Origin: Isurus oxyrinchus
Lineage: Eukaryota
Reading direction: 5' to 3'
Length of the DNA: 64,000 nucleotides
Assembly: GCA_026770705.1 (NCBI GenBank)
Contig: JANJGN010001648.1
Coordinates: 1 to 64,000 of the forward strand
Part shown: positions 52,101 to 64,000 of the stretch, in pieces
How the letters are laid out: each line of letters starts with the position of its first letter
Numbering within the stretch: position 1 is the stretch's first letter
Made by a program: the position numbers and the translations under genes
The notes under the pieces: model-generated
The model's database searches: none
What the model saw: only the letters and a program-made list of their open reading frames with translations
Told to the model about the DNA's origin: nothing

Positions 52101-55100
52101 ATCTCTCCCTCTCTCTGTCACCTTTTACTCTCTCTGTGTACATCTCTCTCTCTCTCTCTCTGTCACCTTTTACTCTCTGTGTGTACATCTCTCCCTCTCT
52201 CTGTCACCATTTACTCTCTGTGTACATCTCTCCCTCTCCCTCTCTCTGTCACCTTTTACTCTCTGTGTACATCTCTCCCTCTCTCTCTGTCACCTTTTAC
52301 TCTCTCTCTGTACATCTCTCCCTCTCTCTCTCTGTCACCTTTTACTCTCTTTGTACATCTCTCCCTCTCTCTGTCACCTTTTACTCTCTCTGTGTACATC
52401 TCTCCCTCTCCCTGTCACCTTTTACTCTCTGTGTACATCTCTCCCTCTCTCTCTCTGTCCCCTTTTACTCTCTCTCTGTGTACATCTCTCCCTCTCTCTG
52501 TCACCTTTTACTCTCTGTGTACATCTCTCCCTCTCTCTGTCACCTTTTACTCTCTCTGTGTACATCTCTCCCTCTCTCTCTCTGTCACCTTTTACTCTCT
52601 GTGTGCATCTCTCCCTCTCTCTGTCATCTTTTACACTCTCTGTGTACATCTCTCCCTCTCTCTCTCTGTCACCTTTTACTCTCTGTGTACATCTCTCCCT
52701 CTCCCTCTCTCTGTCACCTTTTACTCTCTGTGTACATCTCTCCCTCTCTCTCTCACCTTTGACTCTCTGTGTACATCTCTCCCTCTCTCTGTCACCTTTG
52801 ACGCTCTGTGTACATCTCTCCCTCTCTCTGTCACCTTTTACTCTCTGTGTACATCTCTCCCTCTCTCTCTGTCACCTTTTACTCTCTCTCTCTGTACATC
52901 TCTCCCTCTCTCTCTCTGTCAACTTTTACTCTCTGTGTACATCTCTCCCTCTCTCTCTCTGTCACCTTTTACAGTCTGTGTACATCTCTCCCTCTCTCTG
53001 TCACCTTTTACTCTCTGTGTACATCTCTCCCTCACTCTGTCACCTTTTACTCTGTGTGTACATCTCTCCCTCTTTCTCTCTGTCACCTTTTACTCTCTGT
53101 GTACATCTCTCCCTCTCTATGTCACCTTTTACTCTCTGTGTGTACATCTCTCCCTCTCTCTCTCTGTCACCTTTTAGTCTCTGTGTACATCTCTCCCTCT
53201 CTCTGTCACCTTTTAATCTCTCTCTGTGTACATCTCACCCTCTCTCTCTGTCACCTTTTACTCTCTGAGTACATCTCTTCCTCTCTCTCTCTGTCACCTT
53301 TTACTCTCTGTGTACATCTCTCCCTCTCTCTCTCTGTCAACTTTTACTCTCTGTGTACATCTCTCCCTCTCTCTGTCACCTTTTACTCTCTCTGTGTACA
53401 TCTCTCCCTCTCTCTGTCACCTTCTACTCTCTGTGTACATCTCTCCCTCTCTCTCTCTGTCACCTTTTACTCTCTGCGTACATCTCTCCCTCTCTCTGTC
53501 ACCTTTAACTCTCTCTCTGTATACATCTCTCCCTCTCTCTCTCTGTCACCTTTTACTCTCTCTGTGTACATCTCTCCCTCTCTCTCTCTGTCACCTTTTA
53601 CTCTCTGTGTACATCTCTCCCTCTCTCTGTCACCTTTTACTCTCTCTGTGTACATCTCTCCCTCTCTCTCTGTCACCTTTTACTCTCTGTGTACATCTCT
53701 CCCTCTCTCTCTCTGTCACCATTTACTCTCTGTGTACATCTCTCCCTCTCTCTGTCACCTAAAACTCTCTCTCTGTGTACTTCTCTCCCTCTCTCTCTCT
53801 GTCAACTTTTACTCTCTGTGTACATCTCTCCCTCTCTCTCTGTCACCTTTTAATCTCTCTCTCTGTGCATCTCTCCCTCTCACTCTCTGTCACCTTTTAC
53901 TCTCTGTGTACATCTCTCTCTCTCTCTCTGTCACCTTTTCCTGTCTCTGTGTACATCTCTCCCTCTCTCTGTCAACTTTCACTCTCTGTGTGTACATCTC
54001 TCCCTCTCTCGGTCACCTTTTACTCTCTGTGTACATCTCTCCCTCTCCCTCTCTCTGTCACCTTTTAGTCTCTGTCTACATCTCTCCCTCTCTCTCTATC
54101 ACCTTCTATTCTCTCTCTGTGTACATATCTCCCTCTCTCTCTGTCACCTTTTACTCTCTCTGTGTACATCTCTCCCTCTCTCTCTCTGTCACCTTTTACT
54201 CTTTGTGTACATCTCTCCCTCTCTCTCTCTGTCACCTTTTACTCTCTGTGTACATCTCTCCCTCTCTCTGTCACCTTTTACTCTCTCTGTGTACATCTCT
54301 CACTCTCTCTCTGTCACCTTTTACTCTCTCTGTGTACATGTCTCCCTCTCTCTCTCTGTCACCTTTTACTCTCTGTGTACATCTCTCCCTCTCTCTCTCT
54401 GTCACCATTTACTCTCTGTGTACATCTCTCCCTCTCTCTGTCACCTTTTACACTCTCTCTGTGCACATCTCTCCCTCTCTCTCTCTGTCACCTTTTACTC
54501 TCTCTCTGTACATCTCTCCCTCTCTCTCTCTGTCACCTTTTACTCTCTCTGTGTACATCTCTCTCTCTCTCTGTCACCTTTTACTCTCTCTCTGTGTACA
54601 TCTCTCCCTCTCCCTCTCTGTCACCTTTTACTCGCTGTGTACATCTCTCCCTCTCTCTTTCACCTTTTACTCTCTCTCTGTGTACATCTCTCCATCTCTC
54701 TGTCACCTTTTACTCTCTGTGTGTACATCTCTCCCTCTCTCTCTCTGTCACCTTTTACTCTCTGTGTACATCTCTCCCTCCCTCTGTCACCTTTTACTCT
54801 CTGTGTACATCTCTCCCTCTCTCTCTCTGTCACATTTAACTCTCTGTGTACATCTCTCCCTCGCTCTGTCACCTTTTACTCTCTGTGTACATCTCTCCCT
54901 CTCTCTCTCTGTCACCTTTTACTCTCTGTGTACATCTCTCCCTCTCTCTCTGTCACCTTTTACTCTCTGTGTACATCTCTCCCTCTCTCTGTCACATTTT
55001 ACTCACTCTATGTATATCTCTCCCTCTCTCTGTCACCTTTTACTCTCTGTGTACATCACTCCCTCTCTCTGTCTGTCACCTTTTACTCTCTGTGTACATA

Positions 55101-58100
55101 TCTCCCTCTCTCTGTCAACTTTTACTCTCTCTCTGTACATCTCTCCCTCTCTCTCTCTGTCACCTTTCAATCTCTGTGTACATCTCTCCCTCTCTCTCTC
55201 TGTCACCTTTTACTCTCTCTGTGTACATCTCTCCCTCTCTCTGTCACCTTTTACTCTCTCTGTGTATATCTCTCCCTCTCTCTCTGTCACCTTTTACTCT
55301 CTCTGTGAACATCTCTCCCTCTCTCTCATTCTTTCACCTTTTACTCTCTGTGTTCATCTCTCGCTCTCTCTCTGTCACCTTTTACTCTCTCTGTACATCT
55401 CTCCCTCTCTCTGTCACCTTTTACTCTCTGTGTACATCTCTCCCTCTCTCTGTCACCTTTTACTCTCTGTGTACATCTCTCCCTCTCTCTGTCACCTTTT
55501 ACTCTCTCTGTACATCTCTCCCTCTCTCTCTCTGTCACCTTTTACTCTCTGTGTACATCTCTCCCTCTCTCTGTCACCTTTTACTCTCTGAGTACATCTC
55601 TCCCTCTCTCTGTCACCTTTTACTCTCTGTGTTCATCTCTCCCTCTCTCTCTCTGTCACCTTTTACTCTCTCTGTGTACATCTCTCCCTCTCTCTCTCTG
55701 TCACCTTTTACTCTCTCTCTGTTTACATCTCTCCCTCTCTCTCTATGTCACCTTTTACTCTCTGTGTACATCTCTCCCTCTCTCTCTGTCACCTTTTACT
55801 CTCTGGGTGCATCTCTCCCTCTCTCTGTCACCTTTTACTCTCTGTGTACATCTCTCCCTCTCTCTCTCTGTCACCTTTTACTCTCTGTGTCCATCTCTCC
55901 CTCTCTCTCTCTGTCACCTTTTACTCTCTGTGTACATCTCTCCCTCTCTCTCTCTGTCACCTTTTACTCTCTGTGTACATCTCTCCCTCTCTCTCTCTGT
56001 CACCTTTTACTCTCTGTGTACATCTCTCCCTCTCTCTCTCTGTCACCTTTTACTCTCTCTGTGTACAACTCTCCCTCTCTCTGTCACCTTTTACTCTCTC
56101 TGTGTACATCTCTCCCTCTCTCTCTCTGTCACCTTTACTCTCTCTGTGTACATCGCTCCCTCTCTCTGTCACCTTTTACTCTCTCTGTGTACATCTCTCC
56201 CTCTCTCTCTCTGTCACCTTTTACTCTCGCTGTGTACATCTCTCCCTCTCTCTCTCTGTCACCTTTTACTCTCTCTGTGTACATCTCTCGCTCTCTCTCT
56301 CTCTGTCACCTTTTACTCTCTCTGTGTACATCTCTCCCTCTCTCTGTCACCTTTTACTCTCTCTGTGTATATCTCTCCCTCTCTCTCTGTCACCTTTTAC
56401 TCTCACTGTGTACATCTCTCCCTCTCTCTCTCTGTCACCTTTTATTGTCTCTGTGTACATCTCTCCCTCTCTCTCTCTGTCACCTTTTACTCTCTGTCTA
56501 CATCTCTCCCTCTCTCTCTCTGTCACCTTTTACTCTCTGTGTACATCTCTCCCTCTCTCTCTGTCACCTTTTACTCTTGTGTACATCTCTCCCTCTCTCT
56601 CTCTGTCACCATTTACTCTCTCTGTACATCTCTCCCTCTCTCTCTGTCACCTTTTACTCTCTCTCTGTGTACATCTCTCCCTCTCTGTCACCTTTTACTC
56701 TCTGTGTACATCTCTCTCTCTCTCTCTCTGTCACCTTTTACTCTCTGTGTACATCTCTCCCTCTCTCTGTCACCTTTTACTCTCTCTCTGTACATCTCTC
56801 CCTCTCTCTCTCTGTCAGCCTTTTACTCTCTGTGTACATCTCTTTCTCTCTCTGTCACCTTTTACTCTCTCTGTACATCTCTCCCTCTCTCTGTCACCTT
56901 TTACTCTCTCTCTGTGTACATCTCTCCCTCTCTGTCACCTTTTACTCTCTGTGTACATCTCTCTCTCTCTCTCTCTGTCACCTTTTACTCTCTGTGTACA
57001 TCTCTCCCTCTCTCTGTCACCTTTTACTCTCTGTGTACATCTCTCCCTCTCTCTCTCTGTCACCTTTTACTCTCTCTGTGTACATCTCTCCCTCTCTCTG
57101 TCACATTTAACTCTCTGTGTACATCTCTCCCTCTCTCTCTCTGTCAGCCTTTTACTCTCTGTGTACATCTCTCTCTCTCTCTGTCACCTTTTAGTCTCTC
57201 TGTACATCTCTCCCTCTCTCTCTCTGTCACCTTTTACTCTCTGTGTACATCACTCCCTACCTCTCTCTGTCACCTTTTACTCTCTGTGTACATCTCTCCC
57301 TCTCTCTCTCTGTCACCTTTTACTGTCTGTGTACATCTCTCCCTCTCTCTGTCACCTTTTACTCTCTGTATACATCTCTCCCTCTCTCTCTCTGTCACCT
57401 TTTACTCTCTCTGTGTACATCTCTCGCTCTCTCTCTGTCACCTTTTACTCTCTGTGTACATCCCTCTCTCTCTCTGTCACCTTTTACTCTCTCTGTACAT
57501 CTCTCCCTCTCTCTCATTCTTTCACCTTTTACTCTCTGTGTTCATCTCTCGCTCTCTCTCTGTCACCTTTTACTCTCTCTGTACATCTCTCCCTCTCTCT
57601 GTCACCTTTTACTCTCTGTGTACATCTCTCCCTCTCTCTGTCACCTTTTACTCTCTGTGTACATCTCTCCCTCTCTCTGTCACCTTTTACTCTCTCTGTA
57701 CATCTCTCCCTCTCTCTCTCTGTCACCTTTTACTCTCTGTGTACATCTCTCCCTCTCTCTGTCACCTTTTACTCTCTGAGTACATCTCTCCCTCTCTCTG
57801 TCACCTTTTACTCTCTGTGTTCATCTCTCCCTCTCTCTCTCTGTCACCTTTTACTCTCTCTGTGTACATCTCTCCCTCTCTCTCTCTGTCACCTTTTACT
57901 CTCTCTCTGTTTACATCTCTCCCTCTCTCTCTATGTCACCTTTTACTCTCTGTGTACATCTCTCCCTCTCTCTCTGTCACCTTTTACTCTCTGGGTGCAT
58001 CTCTCCCTCTCTCTGTCACCTTTTACTCTCTGTGTACATCTCTCCCTCTCTCTCTCTGTCACCTTTTACTCTCTGTGTCCATCTCTCCCTCTCTCTCTCT

Positions 58101-61100
58101 GTCACCTTTTACTCTCTGTGTACATCTCTCCCTCTCTCTCTCTGTCACCTTTTACTCTCTGTGTACATCTCTCCCTCTCTCTCTCTGTCACCTTTTACTC
58201 TCTGTGTACATCTCTCCCTCTCTCTCTCTGTCACCTTTTACTCTCTCTGTGTACAACTCTCCCTCTCTCTGTCACCTTTTACTCTCTCTGTGTACATCTC
58301 TCCCTCTCTCTCTCTGTCACCTTTTACTCTCTCTGTGTACATCGCTCCCTCTCTCTGTCACCTTTTACTCTCTCTGTGTACATCTCTCCCTCTCTCTCTC
58401 TGTCACCTTTTACTCTCGCTGTGTACATCTCTCCCTCTCTCTCTCTGTCACCTTTTACTCTCTCTGTGTACATCTCTCGCTCTCTCTCTCTCTGTCACCT
58501 TTTACTCTCTCTGTGTACATCTCTCCCTCTCTCTGTCACCTTTTACTCTCTCTGTGTATATCTCTCCCTCTCTCTCTGTCACCTTTTACTCTCACTGTGT
58601 ACATCTCTCCCTCTCTCTCTCTGTCACCTTTTATTGTCTCTGTGTACATCTCTCCCTCTCTCTCTCTGTCACCTTTTACTCTCTGTCTACATCTCTCCCT
58701 CTCTCTCTCTGTCACCTTTTACTCTCTGTGTACATCTCTCCCTCTCTCTCTGTCACCTTTTACTCTTGTGTACATCTCTCCCTCTCTCTCTCTGTCACCA
58801 TTTACTCTCTCTGTACATCTCTCCCTCTCTCTCTGTCACCTTTTACTCTCTCTCTGTGTACATCTCTCCCTCTCTGTCACCTTTTACTCTCTGTGTACAT
58901 CTCTCCCTCTCTCTCTCTGTCACCTTTTACTCTCTGTGTACATCTCTCCCTCTCTCTGTCACCTTTTACTCTCTCTCTGTACATCTCTCCCTCTCTCTCT
59001 CTGTCAGCCTTTTACTCTCTGTCTACATCTCTTTCTCTCTCTGTCACCTTTTACTCTCTCTGTACATCTCTCCCTCTCTCTGTCACTTTTTACTCTCTCT
59101 CTGTGTACATCTCTCCCTCTCTCTCACCTTTTAATCTCTGTGTACATCTCTCTCTCTCTCTCTCTGTCACCTTTTACTCTCTGTGTACATCTCTCCCTCT
59201 CTCTGTCACCTTTTACTCTCTGTGTACATCTCTCCCTCTCTCTCTCTGTCACCTTTTACTCTCTCTGTGTACATCTCTCCCTCTCTCTGTCACATTTAAC
59301 TCTCTGTGTACATCTCTCCCTCTCTCTCTCTGTCAGCCTTTTACTCTCTGTGTACATCTCTCCCTCTCTCTCTGTCACCTTTTACTCTTGTGTACATCTC
59401 TCCCTCTCTCTCTCTGTCACCATTTACTCTCTCTGTACATCTCTCCCTCTCTCTGTCACCTTTTAGTCTGTCTCTGTGTACATCTCTCCCTCTCTGTCAC
59501 CTTTTACTCTCTGTGTACATCTCTCCCTCTCTCTGTCACCTTTTACTCTCTGTGTACATCTCTCCCTCTCTCTGTCACCTTTTACTCTCTGTGTTCATCT
59601 CTCCCTCTCTCTCTCTGTCACCTTTTACTCTCTCTGTGTACATCTCTCCCTCTCTCTCTCTGTCACCTTTTACTCTCTCTCTGTGTACATCTCTCCCTCT
59701 CTCTCTATGTCACCTTTTACTCACTGTGTACATCTCTCCCTCTCTCTCTGTCACCTTTTACTCTCTGGGTGCATCTCTCCCTCTCTCTGTCACCTTTTAC
59801 TCTCTGTTTACATCTCTCCCTCTCTCTCTCTGTCACCTTTTACTCTCTGTGTCCATCTCTCCCTCTCTCTCTCTGTCACCTTTTACTCTCTGTGTACATC
59901 TCTCCCTCTCTCTCTCTGTCACCTTTTACTCTCTGTGTACATCTCTCCCTCTCTCTCTCTGTCACCTTTTACTCTCTGTGTACATCTCTCCCTCTCTCTC
60001 TCTGTCACCTTTTACTCTCTCTGTGTACAAATCTCCCTCTCTCTGTCACCTTTTACTCTCTCTGTGTACATCTCTCCCTCTCTCTCTCTGTCACCTTTTA
60101 CTCTCTCTGTGTACATCGCTCCCTCTCTCTGTCACCTTTTACTCTCTCTGTGTACATCTCTCCCTCTCTCTCTCTGTCACCTTTTACTCTCGCTGTGTAC
60201 ATCTCTCCCTCTCTCTCTCTGTCACCTTTTACTCTCTCTGTGTACATCTCTCGCTCTCTCTCTCTCTGTCACCTTTTACTCTCTCTGTGTACATCTCTCC
60301 CTCTCTCTGTCACCTTTTACTCTCTCTGTGTATATCTCTCCCTCTCTCTCTGTCACCTTTTACTCTCTCTGTGTACATCTCTCCCTCTCTCTCTCTGTCA
60401 CCTTTTATTCTCTCTGTGTACATCTCTCCCTCTCTCTCTCTGTCACCTTTTACTCTCTGTCTACATCTCTCCCTCTCTCTCTCTGTCACCTTTTACTCTC
60501 TGTGTACATCTCTCCCTCTCTCTCTGTCACCTTTTACTCTTGTGTACATCTCTCCCTCTCTCTCTCTGTCACCATTTACTCTCTCTGTACATCTCTCCCT
60601 CTCTCTCTGTCACCTTTTACTCTCTCTCTGTGTACATCTCTCCCTCTCTGTCACCTTTTACTCTCTGTGTACATCTCTCTCTCTCTCTCTCTGTCACCTT
60701 TTACTCTCTGTGTACATCTCTCCCTCTCTCTGTCACCTTTTACTCTCTCTCTGTACATCTCTCCCTCTCTCTCTCTGTCAGCCTTTTACTCTCTGTGTAC
60801 ATCTCTTTCTCTCTCTGTCACCTTTTACTCTCTCTGTACATCTCTCCCTCTCTCTGTCACTTTTTACTCTCTCTCTGTGTACATCTCTCCCTCTCTCTCA
60901 CCTTTTACTCTCTGTGTACATCTCTCTCTCTCTCTCTCTGTCACCTTTTACTCTCTGTGTACATCTCTCCCTCTCTCTGTCACCTTTTACTCTCTGTGTA
61001 CATCTCTCCCTCTCTCTCTCTGTCACCTTTTACTCTCTCTGTGTACATCTCTCCCTCTCTCTGTCACATTTTACTCACTGTGTACATCTCTCCCTCTCTC

Positions 61101-64000
61101 TCTCTGTCAGCCTTTTACTCTCTGTGTACATCTCTCCCTCTCTCTCTGTCACCTTTTACTCTTGTGTACATCTCTCCCTCTCTCTCTCTGTCACCATTTA
61201 CTCTCTCTGTACATCTCTCCCTCTCTCTCTGTCACCTTTTACTCTCTCTCTGTGTACATCTCTCCCTCTCTGTCACCTTTTACTCTCTGTGTACATCTCT
61301 CCCTCTCTCTGTCACCTTTTACTCTCTGTGTACATCTCTCCCTCTCTCTCTCTGTCACCTTTTACTCTCTCTGTGTACATCTCTCCCTCTCTCTGTCACA
61401 TTTAACTCTCTGTGTACATCTCTCCCTCTCTCTCTCTGTCAGCCTTTTACTCTCTGTGTACATCTCTCCCTCTCTCTCTGTCACCTTTTACTCTTGTGTA
61501 CATCTCTCCCTCTCTCTCTCTGTCACCATTTACTCTCTCTGTACATCTCTCCCTCTCTCTCTGTCACCTTTTACTCTCTCTCTGTGTACATCTCTCCCTC
61601 TCTGTCACCTTTTACTCTCTGTGTACATCTCTCTCTCTCTCTCTCTGTCACCTTTTACTCTCTGTGTACATCTCTCCCTCTCTCTGTCACCTTTTACTCT
61701 CTCTCTGTACATCTCTCCCTCTCTCTCTCTGTCAGCCTTTTACTCTCTGTGTACATCTCTTTCTCTCTCTGTCACCTTTTACTCTCTCTGTACATCTCTC
61801 CCTCTCTCTGTCACCTTTTACTCTCTCTCTGTGTACATCTCTCCCTCTCTGTCACCTTTTACTCTCTGTGTACATCTCTCTCTCTCTCTCTCTCTGTCAC
61901 CTTTTACTCTCTGTGTACATCTCTCCCTCTCTCTGTCACCTTTTACTCTCTCTCTGTACATCTCTCCCTCTCTCTCTCTGTCAACCTTTTACTCTCTGTG
62001 TACATCTCTCTCTCTCTCTGTCACCTTTTAGTCTCTCTGTACATCTCTCCCTCTCTCTGTCACATTTTACTCTCTCTCCGTGTACATCTCTCCCTATCTC
62101 TCTCTCTGTCACCTTTTACTCTCTGTGTACATCTCTCCCTCTCTCTGTCACCTTTTACTCTCTGTGTACATCTCTCCCTCTCTCTCTCTGTCACCTTTTA
62201 CTCTCTCTGTGTACATCTCTCGCTGTCTCTCTGTCACCTTTTACTCTCTGTGTACATCCCTCTCTCTCTCTGTCACCTTTTAGTCTCTCTGTACATCTCT
62301 CCCTCTCTCTCTCTGTCACCTTTTACTCTCTGTGTACATCTCTCGCTCTCTCTGTGTCACCTTTTACTCTCTCTGTGTACATCTCTCCCTCTCTCTCTCT
62401 GTCACCTTTTATTCTCTGTGTACATCTCTCCCTCTCTCTGTCACCTTTTACTCTCTGTGTACATCTCTCCCTCTCTCTCTCTGTCACCTTTTACTCTCTG
62501 TGTACATCTCTCCCTCTCTCTGTCACCTTTTACTCTCTGTGTACATCTCTCCCTCTCTCTCTCTGTCACCTTTTACTCTCTCTGTGTACATCTCTCCCTC
62601 TCTCTGTCACATTTTAGTCTCTCTGTACATCTCTCCCTCTCTCTCTCTGTCACCTTTTACTCTCTGTGTACATCACTCCCTCTCTCTCTCTGTCACCTTT
62701 TACTCTCTGTGTACATCTCTCTCGCTCTCTCTCTGTCACCTTTTACTCTCTGTGTACATCCCTCTCTCTCTCTGTCACCTTTTACTCTCTCTGTACATCT
62801 CTCCCTCTCTCTCTCTTTCACCTTTTACTCTCTGTGTTCATCTCTCGCTCTCTCTCTGTCACCTTTTACTCTCTGTGTACATCTCTCCCTATCTCTCTCT
62901 GTCACCTTTTACTCTCTGTGTACATCTCTCCCTCTCTCTCTCTGTCACCTTTTACTCTCTCTGTGTACATCTCTCCCTCTCTCTGTCACCTTTTACTCTC
63001 TCTGTACATCTCTCCCTCTCTCTCTCTGTCACCTTTTACTTTCTGTGTACATCTCTCTCTCTCTCTCTCTGTCACCTTTTACTCTCTCTGTGTACATCGC
63101 TCCCTCTCTCTGTCACCTTTTACTCTCTCTGTGTACATCTCTCCCTCTCTCTCTCTGTCACCTTTTACTCTCTCTGTGTACATCTCTCGCTCTCTCTCTC
63201 TGTCACCTTTTACTCTCTCTGTGTACATCTCTCCCTCTCTCTGTCACCTTTTACTCTCTCTGTGTATATCTCTCCCTCTCTCTCTGTCACCTTTTACTCT
63301 CTCTGTGTACATCTCTCCCTCTCTCTCTCTGTCACCTTTTATTCTCTCTGTGTACATCTCTCCCTCTCTCTCTCTGTCACATTTTACTCTCTCTGTGTAC
63401 ATCTCTCTCTCTCTCTCTCCCTGTCACCTTTTACTCTCTCTCTGTGTACATCACTCCCTCTCTCTCTCTGTCACCTTTTACTCTCTGTGTACATCTCTCC
63501 CTCTCTCTCTCTGTCACCTTTTACTCTCTGTGTACATCTCTCCCTCTCTCTGTCACCTTTTACTCTCTGTATAGATCTCTCCCTCTCTCTCTCTGTCACC
63601 TTTTACTCTCTCTGTGTACATCTCTCGCTCTCTCTCTGTCACCTTTTACTCTCTGTGTACATCCCTCTCTCTCTCTGTCACCTTTTACTCTCTCTGTACA
63701 TCTCTCCCTCTCTCTCTCTTTCACCTTTTACTCTCTGTGTTCATCTCTCGCTCTCTCTCTGTCACCTTTTACTCTCTCTGTACATCTCTCTCTCTCTCTG
63801 TCACCTTTTACTCTCTCTGTGTACATCTCTCCCTCTCTCTGTCACCTTTTACTCTCTGTGTACATCTCTCCCTCTCTCTGTCACCTTTTACTCTCTGTGT
63901 ACATCTCTCCCTCTCTCTGTCACCTTTAACTCTCTCTGTACATCTCTCCCTCTCTCTGTCACCTTTTACTCTCTGTGTACATCTCTCCCTCTCTCTGTCA
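28200..64000. repeat. Giant CT-rich compound satellite, ~37-49-bp unit, roughly 850 copies, running off the window end
   Basis: Unit GTGTACATCTCTCCCT(CT)nGTCACCTTTTA(CT)n with two variable CT tracts. Confidence 0.99.

Noticed and set aside
28067-63929. Huge Leu/Ser/Cys-rich ORFs (up to 4528 aa) and antisense Arg/Glu ORFs
   Set aside because: Open in all three frames because the CT satellite lacks stop codons; not genes.

Overview
Eukaryotic, repeat-dominated DNA; the LINE/SINE/Penelope-type relics point to a cartilaginous fish (shark/ray), which is an inference. About 85% is tandem repeat, and nearly all long ORFs in the supplied track are satellite artefacts. The main finding is a minus-strand, spliced immune adaptor gene of the FcR-gamma (FCER1G)/CD3-zeta family that the ORF track misses. 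Three small exons sit in unique islands between satellite arrays: 27635-27726 ([31 protein letters not shown]), 25720-25764 (LQMRKKASGQPSVYE) and 24433-24507 (EIRGNQKDVYHELKSGKVESRKEMP). Spliced together they form an ITAM, YEEI-x7-YHEL. No signal-peptide exon was found, so it probably lies beyond a >35 kb CT-rich satellite that has kb-scale higher-order repeats. The 3' end of the gene is ambiguous. Bases 1-~5480 are a decayed Gmr1-type LTR retrotransposon (SCAN-like gag, PR, IN before RT, RNase H, PPT, 3' LTR). It carries an inverted gag fragment, a tRNA-SINE head, a LINE tail and a fold-back element with a degenerate hammerhead core. Minisatellites have units of 69, 19, 31, 66, 56, 66 and 81 bp; the 56-bp array visibly arose inside a LINE.
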